From: Selaginella moellendorffii
Lineage: Eukaryota > Plantae > Lycopodiophyta
Assembly: GCF_000143415.4 (NCBI RefSeq)
Contig: NW_003314288.1
Location: forward strand, 534,939-598,938
Direction: 5' to 3'
Length of the DNA stretch: 64,000 bases
Position 1 is the stretch's first letter, and every line of letters begins with the position of its first letter. Positions 39,054 to 50,439 of this stretch are shown here, piece by piece. The notes under the pieces were generated by a model. It was given only the letters and a program-made list of their open reading frames with translations, had not been told where the DNA came from and searched no databases. The position numbers were made by a program, and so were the translations under genes.

Positions 39054-39490
39054 AAACGATCCTCACCGGTAGAATTGCACAATGGTTCTTACTACTTCAA
39101 GAATACAACTTCAAGATCATCTACAAGCTTGGAAGAGAACATGAACAAGTCAACCACTTAAGCCGCATTACAACCGTTGAACCGAAACACAATATGGATG
39201 AATTTCTTGACTCCAATATCCTTCGAATCCACACATCACCAACCTAGATGGACAACATCTACTACTATCTCACAACAGCAACAATACCAAGTCGATATTC
39301 AACCTCCGACAAGCGCAAATAATTTGTCTTGAGGACAAAACCATATTCATTCGTGGGAAGAAGACTGTACAAACAAAAGACAACATTTTATGAAGATGTG
39401 CAAACCCAGAAGAAACACAAGATCTACTTGAAAAAGCCTAATGTGGACAAGTAGGAGGACATTTTGCTGAAGAAATCACAGCTCGAAAAA
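39054..39490 (+). pseudogene. Family C Ty3 pol fragment, right part (RNaseH end and integrase N-terminus)
   Basis: Collinear continuation of 25024-26038 according to the uninterrupted paralog at about 51150-51600. Confidence 0.85.
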
Positions 39491-39891
39491 GCTGGACAGA
39501 TGTTAACTCAGGAAAAGTGCATCTTTTTTCTATTGGGGTTAGGAGTCACTCACAAAGTGATGAGATTGCGGTCAAGCTCAAGCAATTGTTGCTGAGAATG
39601 AAAGAGGAGGGGTACGCGAGTGATATGATCAACATTCTAAAAGACATACCCAAGGAAGAGAAAGAGGATCACTTGTGCAGCCACAGTGAGAAGCTTGCGC
39701 TGCGGTGTGCTCTGGTGAACTCTCACCAGAAGGAGACCATCAGAATTGTGAAAAATCTCTGAGTTTGTGACGATTGCCATGCAGCCACTGCTCTCATCTC
39801 TAAGCTGGTAAAAAGGTTAATCATCTGCAAAGATGCCAGTCAGGTTCATGTGTTCCAGGATGGCAGATGTTCCTGTGACAACTAATTTTGA
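39491..39891 (+). pseudogene. Isolated DYW-domain fragment, a third paralog of the PPR-DYW genes
   Basis: WTDVNSGKVHLFSIG..HSEKLA..IVKNL*VCDDCH..; near-identical to 45725-46124 with premature stops; followed by the same downstream block. Confidence 0.9.
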
Positions 39892-41329
39892 AAACATGTC
39901 AGTGCTCTTTCTTGCAGTTATCCCTGGTTTTAAACCCTCCGTGAGTCAAGCAGAAACATGGGCCGCTGAGTGAGCATGCCTCGTCAAAGTACCGCAGTCA
40001 ACCTAAACTTCACAGAGAAAAAATTAACATTTAAAAGTTAAAACTATGCAAAAGGAGGATGACACGTTGTCTTAAATTTAAATTTCTTTTTGGTAGAAGA
40101 ATGGGGGAATGCTGACTAAACCTGCCAACAGGTGCACCCAGATTCAGATAATAAGCCTTAGTATGAAGACTTGCCGGTACCCAAACTCTTTGCTGATAGC
40201 AAGTACCGCCTCATGTTCCGGGAGCAAGGTGATGGCGGCTTGCGGCATGACCAACTTTGGGTTTGTGCTCCTAGAGCACGTTGAAGACGTGTGGAAGCTG
40301 GTGACGATGGCATTTGTTTCTTGCGATGTACTCACCAGTTCCTCGGCAACGTCTTCCTTCCAGATTTTTTGAGCTTGTCGTGAGTGGTGACCTGCTTGCT
40401 CTCTCCTGTGACGACTTCTTCCAGCCTCTGGTGCCCAACCTCAAGGCTCTCTTGTGGATGGAGCTAGCCCTACACAGTGTGTGTGTGTGTCAACCAGCAG
40501 ATGCACAAATCGTTGAGAAGTAGCAACAAGTGTGTATCAGGCTTAGTACGTAGTGTACTAGTGTACATGTACATGTGTTTCAGCTAAATATAATGGGCCA
40601 AATACACCGAAGAAGTGCATATAAGAAGAGTAGAAACAAATTAAAAAATGTAAATTAAGAAGTGCAAAAGAAATGAAAATAAAAATTGTCCATCCTCATC
40701 AGTTTGCTGAAATTAAGTTGGATTCATTTCTTTCAGCTCCAAATATTGTGTGATTGAGTTGTAAGCTAATTAATAGTAGAAAATAAGAAAAAAACAAACA
40801 TTGAAAAAATAGTGTTTGATAATATCTTCTTTGCTTTTAGTTTTTTATTTTCGAAAGAAAATTAGTGGGGGAGTGCTGGTAAAGATATCTTGGCCGTTCA
40901 TTGGTGGTTAATTAAATGAGCATGTTTAGAGCTGTTTATAAGAGTTTAGCTCTGGACCAATTCGAACATGAGTTACCCGAAAATTAAAGTTCAAATTTAC
41001 GTTTTCCCTATTTGCACAATAACTTAAGCTAAAGTAATGTACTTACCCTTATTTTTTATGGGAAAATTATTTCGCACGAAAAGAAGGCGAATTTAGAGAA
41101 TTCTTAAGTAATTTTCAAAAACCCCGACCAAATCTAAAGTGTTGGGAGGGGTCATTTTATTTTAAGGGAAGTTGTTAAAAATTATTCCGGAAATATTCGA
41201 GAAGATTCTTAGGTTAGGGTTTGGCATTCTTCAATTAGGTTTTGTTGCTTTCATGCACATTGCGGATGACAAGAGCCCCAGTCTCCAAGTGCTGCCTGAG
41301 GAAGAAGACTGTGAACTTGAGGTATGTCG

Positions 41330-41560
41330 GGCTGTGATTGGGAGGAGGTTTTGCATCGGCCTGTGGTGGGTGAAGCCTCGAAATGTCACCACCTAGGTGG
41401 AAGAGGAAACTTCAGATGGAGAAGAGGACCTTCTTCACCATTTGTGGCATGCTGGAGAGTGAGATCCAGAAGCAAGGTTGGAGGAGTGCGGTGCCGGTGG
41501 ATGTTCGACTGGGGGTGACTTTGTACAAGCTTTTCAAGAACACAGATTACCTGGATCTGG
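41330..41560 (+). mobile_element. PIF/Harbinger-type transposase fragment
   Basis: WKRKLQMEKRTFFTICGML..AVPVDVRLGVTLYKL resembles the FRMxxxxF..L and AIPVxxRxAxxL..L N-terminal motifs of Harbinger/HARBI1 nucleases. Confidence 0.6.
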
Positions 41561-43367
41561 CACCAAGCCCCAAACCACCCAGCAGTCTTGGCGCACAGGG
41601 ATGACATCAGCCCTAACCTCTTGCTCCACTGAGCTGCTAGCAGCTTCTCCCCTCCTTAAAAAAAAAGGTCTGTTGTTCTCTTGGAGTTCAAGAGGCATCT
41701 TCTTCACCGTCTCCTCTGTTTTTGCTAGCTAGTTAGCTCTTACAAGAAGGAGCACAAGCCAAGTTCAGCTTCATGCTCAGCTCTATCATCTCCTCTTTAA
41801 GACACCTCACCTCTTTGAACATTCAGGAGAGCTAGCACGCTTCACGTCTAGACGTCCCCCCCCCCCCTTTTTTTTTCACAATTGTCTCTTCAAACTCATC
41901 ATACTTATTTAACTCACCAAACCTTACCAAGCCGAGTGCAGGTTTTGAAACCCCATGAGTCACCTTGGCTTCCAGTTGAGCTCTCCAACAATCTTGACGT
42001 GCGGATGCGTGCAAACTGCTCCTTGAGCCAGGACCATTTCTCCAGGAGATAACTTATGCTACAACACTCTCCGCTCGACGATCTCAATGTGGAAAGATCC
42101 ACAAAGCTGTCCCACTCATCATAGTTGTAGAAGAAATCATCCTCATACTGCATCTGCAACCTTGCTCGAGCCCAAGCCTCCGCCATCACAAGCTTCTCCC
42201 TCATCTTGATCAGCTCACACTTGAGGCGGCAAAACAAGTCCAGGTCCTGAGGAACAACAATGGAATACACCTTTCCCGGGTACCTGTCTCGAAACCTGTG
42301 AAAGTACAGTGGACGATGTGGTGTTTCAGATCACAGCGGAATGATAACTTGATGAAAGCAACAAAACCATCGAGCTCGCTCTTTGGGGATCAATTATCAT
42401 CTCCTCCTTTGAAGCAATGAGCAGCAGGCCTTGATCGCATCCAGAAGTACTAGAGATAGTCTGCAAAAGCAAGTTTGACACCAGTTATTTTGGCAACACA
42501 GAAGAAAAAGAAGAAAATTTATAGAGATCCATACAATCCAAATCAAGATCAATCCTCCACGAATTTAATGCCGCTTTCAGCACCTCCAAGCTCTTCCGAA
42601 AAACGTAGCCACGGTATGCCACAATCGTTCACTTGAAAATCTGAAGATGTCAATCGAAGCATGCAAGCAAAAACATGAAGTAAAGAAGCGCAGGTGGACA
42701 ACAAAGGAGATGAACTGAGCAAGGCCAAGAACACATATAAGGACTGACTGTAAGCACTTGAGGCCTCGCGCAGTTTTTTCCTCCGTGCGTGGCTTCATAT
42801 GCAAAAGAGTTTGGTGTGGTAAGGTATGTTGCAGAGCAGCCAGAAGCCCAGGGTGAATATAAGTACGTGAGGCCTTGTGAGGTTTTACCACTGCCCGAGG
42901 ACTCCTGTGCATGGACCCCGGGCGAGACTCATTTGCGAAAGTGTTCTGCATAAAACTGGTGCCCTGAGGCTTTTGGCCGTGTCGCCCCATGAAGAGCATT
43001 TTTTATTTAATTTGTGTAGAGTGTGGTTTATTTTTGCATATTGAGTGTATCGATATCTTTTAGTTAGCAGATTATATTGAAGAACTGAAGACTACCTACA
43101 GTTAAGTGCATGCAGCAACAGATCATATAAAAAATGAATGCAGAGAATAACAAATCGGGATTTCTAGGAAGTTCGTGCGTGTTGTTAGCATGTACTGATT
43201 CTTTAGCTCTTGAGCAACTGATTGCTGCTGGCTCACATTCTATATATATCAAAGAGATTTTTTTTAAACAATAAACATCTAAGCTGCTGCAGTTAAGCTG
43301 TGACATTGTAAAGTTTAAAAAGGAAAAGAAGAAAAAACAGAAAACACGAAATCGGGATTTCTAGGGT

Positions 43368-46124
43368 ATGCGTGCGGCGCTAGGGTTTGTGTGGTGTGTG
43401 TCATTTCTCAACAATCTCATGGAGTGGAAAACGTTTTTCAGGGATCCCACTTTCTGGTGGGACAACAGGTTCAAGAAGAAAAACAAGTTCTTCTCAGAGT
43501 CCTACCTGGATTTCAAACATGTTTCTACCAGAGAGAGCCTGTGGATCGCCAACAGGAAAACACCAACCTGGGTCTCTGCAAAACTCGAGTCGCTCGCTGA
43601 CCCAGCTGTAGGTAAGGCCACCACGGCCCGCTACAAATCTCCACATACCCCACCTGTAGCTGGTGATGAACGGGTGAGTTTAGGGAGGCTGATACACCGC
43701 GTGAGAGACTCAGCTGAGAGCAGATCCCTTTCTTTGGGAAAACAAGCCCATGAAGCTGTGCTCAAGAGTGATAAGCACAAAAGCAACATCTACTTGTTGA
43801 CGGGATTGATCGATATGTACTGCAAGTGTGGCGAGCTTGAGGAGGCTCGCAAGATTTTCGACTCCATGGGAACCCGGAGTGTTGTGTCCTACAACGCGAT
43901 CATCCAGGGCTGCGGCTCGAATGGGCAAGCTGAACTTGCTCTGGAGTACTACTCTGCCCTGAGAGCTTGTACCACCATTCAACCCAACGATCGGACACAT
44001 GTCGCGGTGATCAGCGCCTGCTCCAGACTTACTACCGAATCCAGCGAGAAGAGGGAGAGAGCTCTACGCATTGGGATGGAGATCCATTCAATTCTCAGCA
44101 AGGAGAAGAAACAGGTAGATCTGTTCGTGGCGACTTGCCTGGTCGACATGTACTGCAAGTGTGGCGAGCTTGAGGAGGCTCGCAAGATTTTCCACTCCAT
44201 GGGAACTCGGAGTGTTGTGTCCTACAATGCGATCATCCAGGGCTGCAACACGAACGGGCGAGCTGAACTTGCTCTGGAGTACTACTCTGCCCTGAGAGCT
44301 TGTACCACCATTCAACCCAACGATCGGACTCACGTCGCGGTGATGAGTGCCTGCTCCAGACTTGCTACCGAATCCAGCGAGAAGAGGGAGAGAGCTCTAC
44401 GCATCGGGATGGAGATCCATTCAATGCTGAGCAAGGAGAAGAAACAGCTAGATCTGTTCGTGGCGACTTGCCTGGTAGACATGTACTGCAAGTGTGGCGA
44501 GCTTGAGGAGGCTCGCAAGATTTTCCACTCCATGGGAACTCGGACTGTTGTGTCCTACAACGCGATCATCCAGGGCTGCGGCTCGAACGGGCAAGCTGAA
44601 CTTGCTCTGGAGTACTACTCTGCCCTGAGAGCTGATAACACCATTCAACCCGACGATTGGACTCATGTCGTGGTGATCAGCGCCTGCTCCACACTTGCTA
44701 CCGAATCCAGCGAGAAGAGGGAGAGAGCTCTACGCATTGGGATGGAGATCCATTCAATGCTGAGCAAGGAGAAGAAACAGCTAGATCTGTTCGTGGCGAC
44801 TTGCCTGGTAGACATGTACTGCAAGTGTGGCGAGCTTGAGGAGGCTCGCAAGATTTTCCACTCCATGGGAACTCGGAGTGTTGTGTCCTACACCGCGATC
44901 ATCCAGGGCTGCAACACGAACGGGCGAGCTGAACTTGCTCTGGAGTACTACTCTGCCCTGAGAGCTGATAACACCATTCAAGCTAATGCTTGCACCTACA
45001 CCTGCGTCCTTGTTGCTTGCGGGAGTGTGATGGCGACTAAGCTCGGGAGGGAGATTCACCAGCTGGTGAAGCATAAAGGGCTGCTGAAAAACAATCCAGT
45101 TCTGGGCTCCAGCCTGGTGAGCTTCTACGGCAAATGCGGCGATGTTGATTCTGCTCAGGAAGTGTTTGACGAGTGCCGAGCTCGGGACAACACGGGTCTC
45201 TGGAATTCTCTTATACAGGCTTACACTCTCCAGGGCCGATCGATCGAGGCCTTGGAGCGTTTCTATTCCATGACTCAGGAGGAGGGCTGTAAAGCTGACG
45301 ATGTGAGTTTTGTCTTGGTGTTGAACGCTTGCAGCCATGGTGGTCTGATCGGGAAAGGAAGGCAGCTTCTGGATGAAATGCCCAAGCAGTATGGAGTCAA
45401 GCCACGTCTGGAGCATTATGTGTGCCTGATCGATATGCTCGGGCGAGCTAACCTCCTTGACGAAGCTGTGAGAGTTCTCAGAGCCATGCCTTTTGAACCG
45501 GATGCAGTGGTTTGGACGTCCCTGCTCGGAGCCTGCCGGAAGTGGAAGAATTACACGGTTGGCAAACTCGCGTTTGAGCGTCTTGTGGAGATGGATCCCA
45601 AGAGCGGCACGCCCTACGCATTGATGGCCAATATATTTGGAAACCTGGGGATGCTCAGTGAAAGGGCCGCTGTTGTGGAGAGAATGAGAGGTGAAGGCAG
45701 CTTCAGGGAGCCCGGGAGAAGCTGGTGGACGGATGTTAGCTCAGGAAAAGTGCATTCTTTTTCTGTCGGGGATAGGAGTCACTCACAGAGCGACGAGATT
45801 GCGGCCAAGCTCAAGCAATTGTTGCTGAGAATGAAAGAGGAGGGGTACGCGAGCGATGTGATCAACGTTCTAAAAGACATACCAGAGGAAGAGAAAGAGG
45901 ATCACCTGTGCGGCCACAGTGAGAAGCTTGCGCTGGGGTGTGCTCTGGTGAACTCGCACCAGAAGGAAACCATCAAAATTGTGAAAAATCTCCGAGTTTG
46001 TGACGATTGCCATGCGGCCACTGCTCTCATCTCTAAGCTGGAAAAAAGGCTAATCATCTGCAAAGATGCCAGTCGGGTTCATGTGTTCCAGGATGGCAGA
46101 TGTTCCTGTGACAACTACTTTTGA
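43368..46124 (+). CDS. PLS-class PPR-E-DYW (WW-type) RNA-editing-factor-like protein with an N-terminal OSB-type PDF motif, 918 aa
   Basis: Intronless ORF; S/P/L repeats; E domain (VVWTSLLGAC); PGRSWWTD, HSEKLA, KNLRVCDDCH, CSCDNYF; N-terminal WKTFFRDPTFWWDNR..YLDFKH..ESLW..PTWV. Confidence 0.93.
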   Translation: MRAALGFVWCVSFLNNLMEWKTFFRDPTFWWDNRFKKKNKFFSESYLDFKHVSTRESLWIANRKTPTWVSAKLESLADPAVGKATTARYKSPHTPPVAGDERVSLGRLIHRVRDSAESRSLSLGKQAHEAVLKSDKHKSNIYLLTGLIDMYCKCGELEEARKIFDSMGTRSVVSYNAIIQGCGSNGQAELALEYYSALRACTTIQPNDRTHVAVISACSRLTTESSEKRERALRIGMEIHSILSKEKKQVDLFVATCLVDMYCKCGELEEARKIFHSMGTRSVVSYNAIIQGCNTNGRAELALEYYSALRACTTIQPNDRTHVAVMSACSRLATESSEKRERALRIGMEIHSMLSKEKKQLDLFVATCLVDMYCKCGELEEARKIFHSMGTRTVVSYNAIIQGCGSNGQAELALEYYSALRADNTIQPDDWTHVVVISACSTLATESSEKRERALRIGMEIHSMLSKEKKQLDLFVATCLVDMYCKCGELEEARKIFHSMGTRSVVSYTAIIQGCNTNGRAELALEYYSALRADNTIQANACTYTCVLVACGSVMATKLGREIHQLVKHKGLLKNNPVLGSSLVSFYGKCGDVDSAQEVFDECRARDNTGLWNSLIQAYTLQGRSIEALERFYSMTQEEGCKADDVSFVLVLNACSHGGLIGKGRQLLDEMPKQYGVKPRLEHYVCLIDMLGRANLLDEAVRVLRAMPFEPDAVVWTSLLGACRKWKNYTVGKLAFERLVEMDPKSGTPYALMANIFGNLGMLSERAAVVERMRGEGSFREPGRSWWTDVSSGKVHSFSVGDRSHSQSDEIAAKLKQLLLRMKEEGYASDVINVLKDIPEEEKEDHLCGHSEKLALGCALVNSHQKETIKIVKNLRVCDDCHAATALISKLEKRLIICKDASRVHVFQDGRCSCDNYF
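43790..44990 (+). repeat. Tandem 333-bp (111-aa) S-P-L units (4 S-P pairs, 3 long L motifs)
   Basis: Period of 333 seen directly, and in repeated off-frame ORF ends at 44173, 44506 and 44839. Confidence 0.95.
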
Positions 46125-46849
46125 AAACATGTCAGTGCTCTTTCTTGCAGTTATCCCTGGTTTTAAACCCTCTGTGAGTCAAGCAGAAACATGGGCCGCT
46201 GAGTGAGCATGCCTCGTCAAAGTACCGCCGTCAACTTGAACTTCACGGAGAAAAAATTAACATTTAAAAGTTAAAACTATGCAAAAGGAGGATGACACGT
46301 TGTCTTAAATTTAAATTTCTTTTTGGTAGCAGAATCGGGGAATGCTGACTAAACCTGCCAACAGGTGCGCCCAGATTCAGATAATAAGCCTTAGTATGAA
46401 GACTTGCCGGTACCAAACTCTTTGCTGATAGCAAGTACCGCCTCATGTTCCGGGAGCAAGGAGATGGCAGCTTGTGGCATGACTAACTTTGGGTTTGTGC
46501 TCCTAGAGCACGTTGAAGACGTGTGGAAGCTGGTGATGACAGCATTTGTTTCTTGCGACGTCACCAGTTCCTCAGCGATGTCTTCCTTCCAGATTTTTTG
46601 AGCTTGTCGTGAGTGGTGACCTGCTTGCTCTCTCATGTGACGACTTCTTCCAGCCTCTGGTGCCCAACCTCAGGACTCTCTTGTGGATGGAGCTAGCCCT
46701 ACACAGTGTCTGTGTGTGTGTTTATCAACCAGCAGATGCACAAATCGTTGAGAATCATAGGCTTAGTATGTAATGTACTAGTGTACATGTACATGTGTTT
46801 CACAGCAGTGGACAAGCTATGATACAATGAAAAAGGTAAAGTCAGGTAT

Positions 46850-47650
46850 TTGTTTAACGTCTGCTTGGAGCAAATATGGCCTCATGACAACCTATTACAA
46901 CCCAGGATGAAAACTCCACATCAAAGCTTAAGGCAGCATCGCTATTGCCTTCATCTTGCTTTACAAACTGAAGTTATCGAGGTTCGTGATTGGATAATGC
47001 TTGATGGTGCTGAGACTCAAATCATCTTTGTTATGGAAACAACCCCATCACCTCAAGGTATTGTTTTCTATCCCCATAACAGTGGTGCACTGTTTCCATG
47101 TATAGTTCCCGAGGAGGTCCCAGTTCCCAGGATGGCCTTCGGTAAAAGGTTCAGGACGATACATCAGAGAGGGAAATACACTGAACTGGATCCTAAGGTT
47201 CAACTGGGAGAATGCTCTGCAATACACTAGTTTGGGGAGTACCTATATCTGATCTTATATAGGATCCGGCTCAGTTATCCTGGGAAGGTAATGAGTTCAG
47301 TGTGTCTTTTTTATGTACAGGTCTAAGCATGGCAGAGAGCTTTTGATGGATAAAATTGACACCAAGCTTATGTGAAAGTTGAAGAATCGGAAGTGAACAT
47401 GTGGAAGACACTGGTGGAAGCTAACGTAAGCTGGCTTCTTGTGCAGGACAGCATCCCTGTTGGTGATTGGCTCACAGTTCACAAAACTCTCTGTATTCTA
47501 TGCAATGAAAACCCCGTGGAGATGCTTGAACACCTCTTCACATGCAAATTTGCAGTTGGTATTTGGCTCTTTGATCAGAGACCTAGATCCAGAATCAGCT
47601 GGTTCATCACGAAATACGGTGACATTTTTCCCTACTGTGATGAACAGTAG
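46850..47650 (+). mobile_element. LINE (L1-like) ORF2 3' remnant
   Basis: zf-RVT-like CILCNENPVEMLEHLFTCKFAVGIW; fragmented. Confidence 0.6.
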
Positions 47651-47699
47651 CTGAGGAGAGAGAAGCTAGCAAAGCATCCCGCTAACAAAACCACTAGCT

Positions 47700-50330
47700 G
47701 TCTCACGTGACACAACACCTCCAGCCATCAACGGGGTCAGAAAAGAAAGAAAGGATAGGAGCAAGTGACTATTTCTCCTCTTCCTCTGGAATGCATCCAA
47801 GTCATACTCAAAATTAGGAAACAACATCATCCTCAGCTTCCCATGTAGCATCATATGGAGAATAACCATTCCACTGAACAAGTAACTCTCTCCAAGTCTT
47901 ACGATGTATGCGCACTAGCCGTTGCTATAACACACAACTAGGGCCAACCTTCAAACATCTATCTCTGGAATCTTGATTGCAGACTGGTCCAAGATATTAC
48001 CAGAATGCAAACACGCCTTCAACTTCCTACATAGAAGACGGGATGAATCTTCACACCACTAGGCAAGTCTAGTTGATAGGCAAGGTCTCCAACTCGTTTG
48101 AGAATAATCCAAGGCCCACAGTACTGTGGTGACAACTTAGAACTACCTCCACCTTGAAGAGCTCATTGAGCTTCAGACAACCGAAGGAAAACCTTGTCTC
48201 CAACCTGAAACTGCTTGTGCTGACGATGCTCCTTTGCCTGGTGCACCTCAAGAGAAGCGAAGTTCATACCAATAGGGGACCGAGGTTGAAAGCTATACAT
48301 TGCCATAAACAGAGCCATCTCAATAGCCAAATGGAAGGCACAGTTATGGGCAAACTCTAACAAAGGCAGGTACTTCTCCCAAATACCTTACCTCTTCAGA
48401 TACCAACAAATGATCTCAGCATGTCTTCCAGCACCTAATTAACTCCTTTTGTTTGTCCATCTGACTGTGGATGCTCATGCTCAACTTTGTCTCAAGCTTC
48501 TGAAACACCGTCTGCCAAAACACCAAAGTGAACGTGCAATCCCGATCACTTACAACATCCTTAGGCAGCCCATAGAGAAATACAGCTGAGCAAGGTCAAA
48601 AGCCTTAGCATTCATCTTCACAAGGAAGAAGTGAGCTAACATCATCACACAATCCACAACAACCCAGATAGCATCATTGCCTTGAAACGCCTACTATGAA
48701 ACTCATAGAAAATGTTATCCCACTTCTGTTGAGGTTAACTATGGTAGAGACCTTCATGCTTCTCACAATCCATTGTGACCACCTGGCCGGTCTAACAACT
48801 GTGCACATACTTATCAACACCTAACTTCATTCGAGACCAAAATAAATGCATCTCTACCAGAACACACGCCCTCAATGTCCTGCACTTGGTGCAATGGACA
48901 CTCTTACAGAATCCACTGTAAAAGAACATCATCTCTAGGAACCATAGCCCGATTCCTCTTGACTAGGAAACCATCTCATACATTGAAGGAAGCACAGTCG
49001 CATTGGAAGAGGCATCCCCCTTCAAAACAACTGCACGTGCCTTCACTACAAAGGAGTTGAAGTCAGCAAGCTCATTAATTTCATCCAGCAAACCACTGGA
49101 GAGCTTCCCAAACAAGATAGAGTTCACCATCCTAAACAATGGAGAAATAACCACCTTTACTGTCTACTATCTACAAATTTTCTTTAAGACAATTTCCCTA
49201 TTTCTGAAAGGTCTTGGAAACCTAGCAACTTTGCTTTAGTAATCTGAGGTCAAAATTACCCTTTGACTTTTACTCGGGAGAAATCGGTTTTCATCACCTT
49301 AAACCCCAGAGCTAAACTCCTTTGGTGGTTTGGAATCTGCACGTCCATTTCCTGCAAAAACTCTAGTCAATGAGCTAGCCGGCCTCGAAACTCCATCTGG
49401 CAAGTGAAAAGAGTGACAAGTGGTAAAGTTATTGACATGAAAAATCCAAACCATACAGATAATGCCTCCACTCTTTGACCGCAACAACTACAACATATAA
49501 CTTCCTATCCCGAGTTGCTAAGTTGCGTCAAACTTGTGGCTTATGTAGGCAATAGGACAGCAGTCTTGCACCAAGACAGCTCCTATACCCTCATCACTAG
49601 CCTTGTTAATGAAAGTATGCGTAGCATCAGAGCCAAAGAGGACACTGAGCACTTGGCTATGCACAACTCATTGCACAAACAACTGTACAGCTCAGATGAG
49701 TTGATACAATTCTTCTTCACTCCTTCAGAAAGCTTAGTGACAGCAGTGTCAGCTAGAACACGAGTAGATACAATCTCTCCTTGGTCCACACTGACACCCA
49801 TGGCCTCACTAGGATCAGAAAGAGAAAAGGACTCATGAGCCATACCCTCTGAACGTATAGACTCCATAGCGTGAACCTTAGCCTTCTACCACAAGTGGCT
49901 TATCACAAGCAAATATTTGTAGAATATACATGATTGCTTTAACCGCTCAAACGCTTCTTGACACTTTCACCCCACACCAACTTAGCATGCTTGGTGGTGT
50001 TTCGAAGAATATCCATCAAAGGAGCAGCAATCAAGGAGAAGTCCTTCACAAACCGGCAAAAGACTCCCAGCATACCAACCCATGCACAGGAGGGGGAACA
50101 AGCTAGTCAACAACTATCTGAGTCTTTTGAGGATCATCTTGTGGCACCACATGTCTGAGATAGGTGATCTCTTCCAAGAAGAATTCACGCTTTGACAGTT
50201 TAGAATACAGCTTATTCTCCTTCAATAGTGGCAACATTTGCCTCACATGCATCTCATGTTCCTCCTTAGTCGTAGGACATCGTCAAAGTAGTGCCTTGCA
50301 CATGAGATTGCAAAACTCTATCAAAAGAAC
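47700..50330 (-). pseudogene. Highly degenerate chromovirus pol remnant (RT, RH, integrase, chromodomain)
   Basis: HRQHKQFQVGDKVFLRL; DRDCTFT; chromodomain-like GYSPYDATWEAED near 47830-47870; boundaries approximate. Confidence 0.65.
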
Positions 50331-50439
50331 TGTTTAATAATAGTTAGCCTTGGCCATCATATGAAGCAACATCTTTGCTGAGTTAGAAAAGACTCCTTGA
50401 GCATTCCAAAGCTTCAAAACGAGATAGTCAAAGGATCTC

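Larger units (their letters stand above)
42180..46800 (+). repeat. Segmental duplication, inverted relative to about 57990-63336 (upstream region, PPR-DYW gene, downstream region); downstream part also at 39491-41210
   Basis: Direct sequence correspondence of flanks and gene. Confidence 0.9.

Noticed and set aside
40109-40523. Triplicated ORF-like segment downstream of the DYW domains, possibly a gene remnant
   Set aside because: Frames are broken and differ between copies; a faint PDI-like resemblance is too weak to call
41600-43300. Possible divergent minus-strand gene upstream of PPR gene 1 (ORFs 41914-42270, 42577-42999)
   Set aside because: No recognisable domain or supportable exon structure; partly duplicated and truncated at 62100-63336
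43790-44990. CRISPR-like or satellite array
   Set aside because: In-frame protein-coding PPR repeats without unique spacers, in a eukaryotic context
44781-45416. Long antisense ORFs over the PPR genes (also 59400-60062)
   Set aside because: Shadow frames of GC-balanced coding repeats
43368-46124. U-to-C editing factor, or proven APOBEC-like anti-retroelement enzyme
   Set aside because: Lacks KP-type hallmarks (it keeps PG and HSE); local C>T decay is explained by CG/CHG methylation, so DNA activity remains a hypothesis
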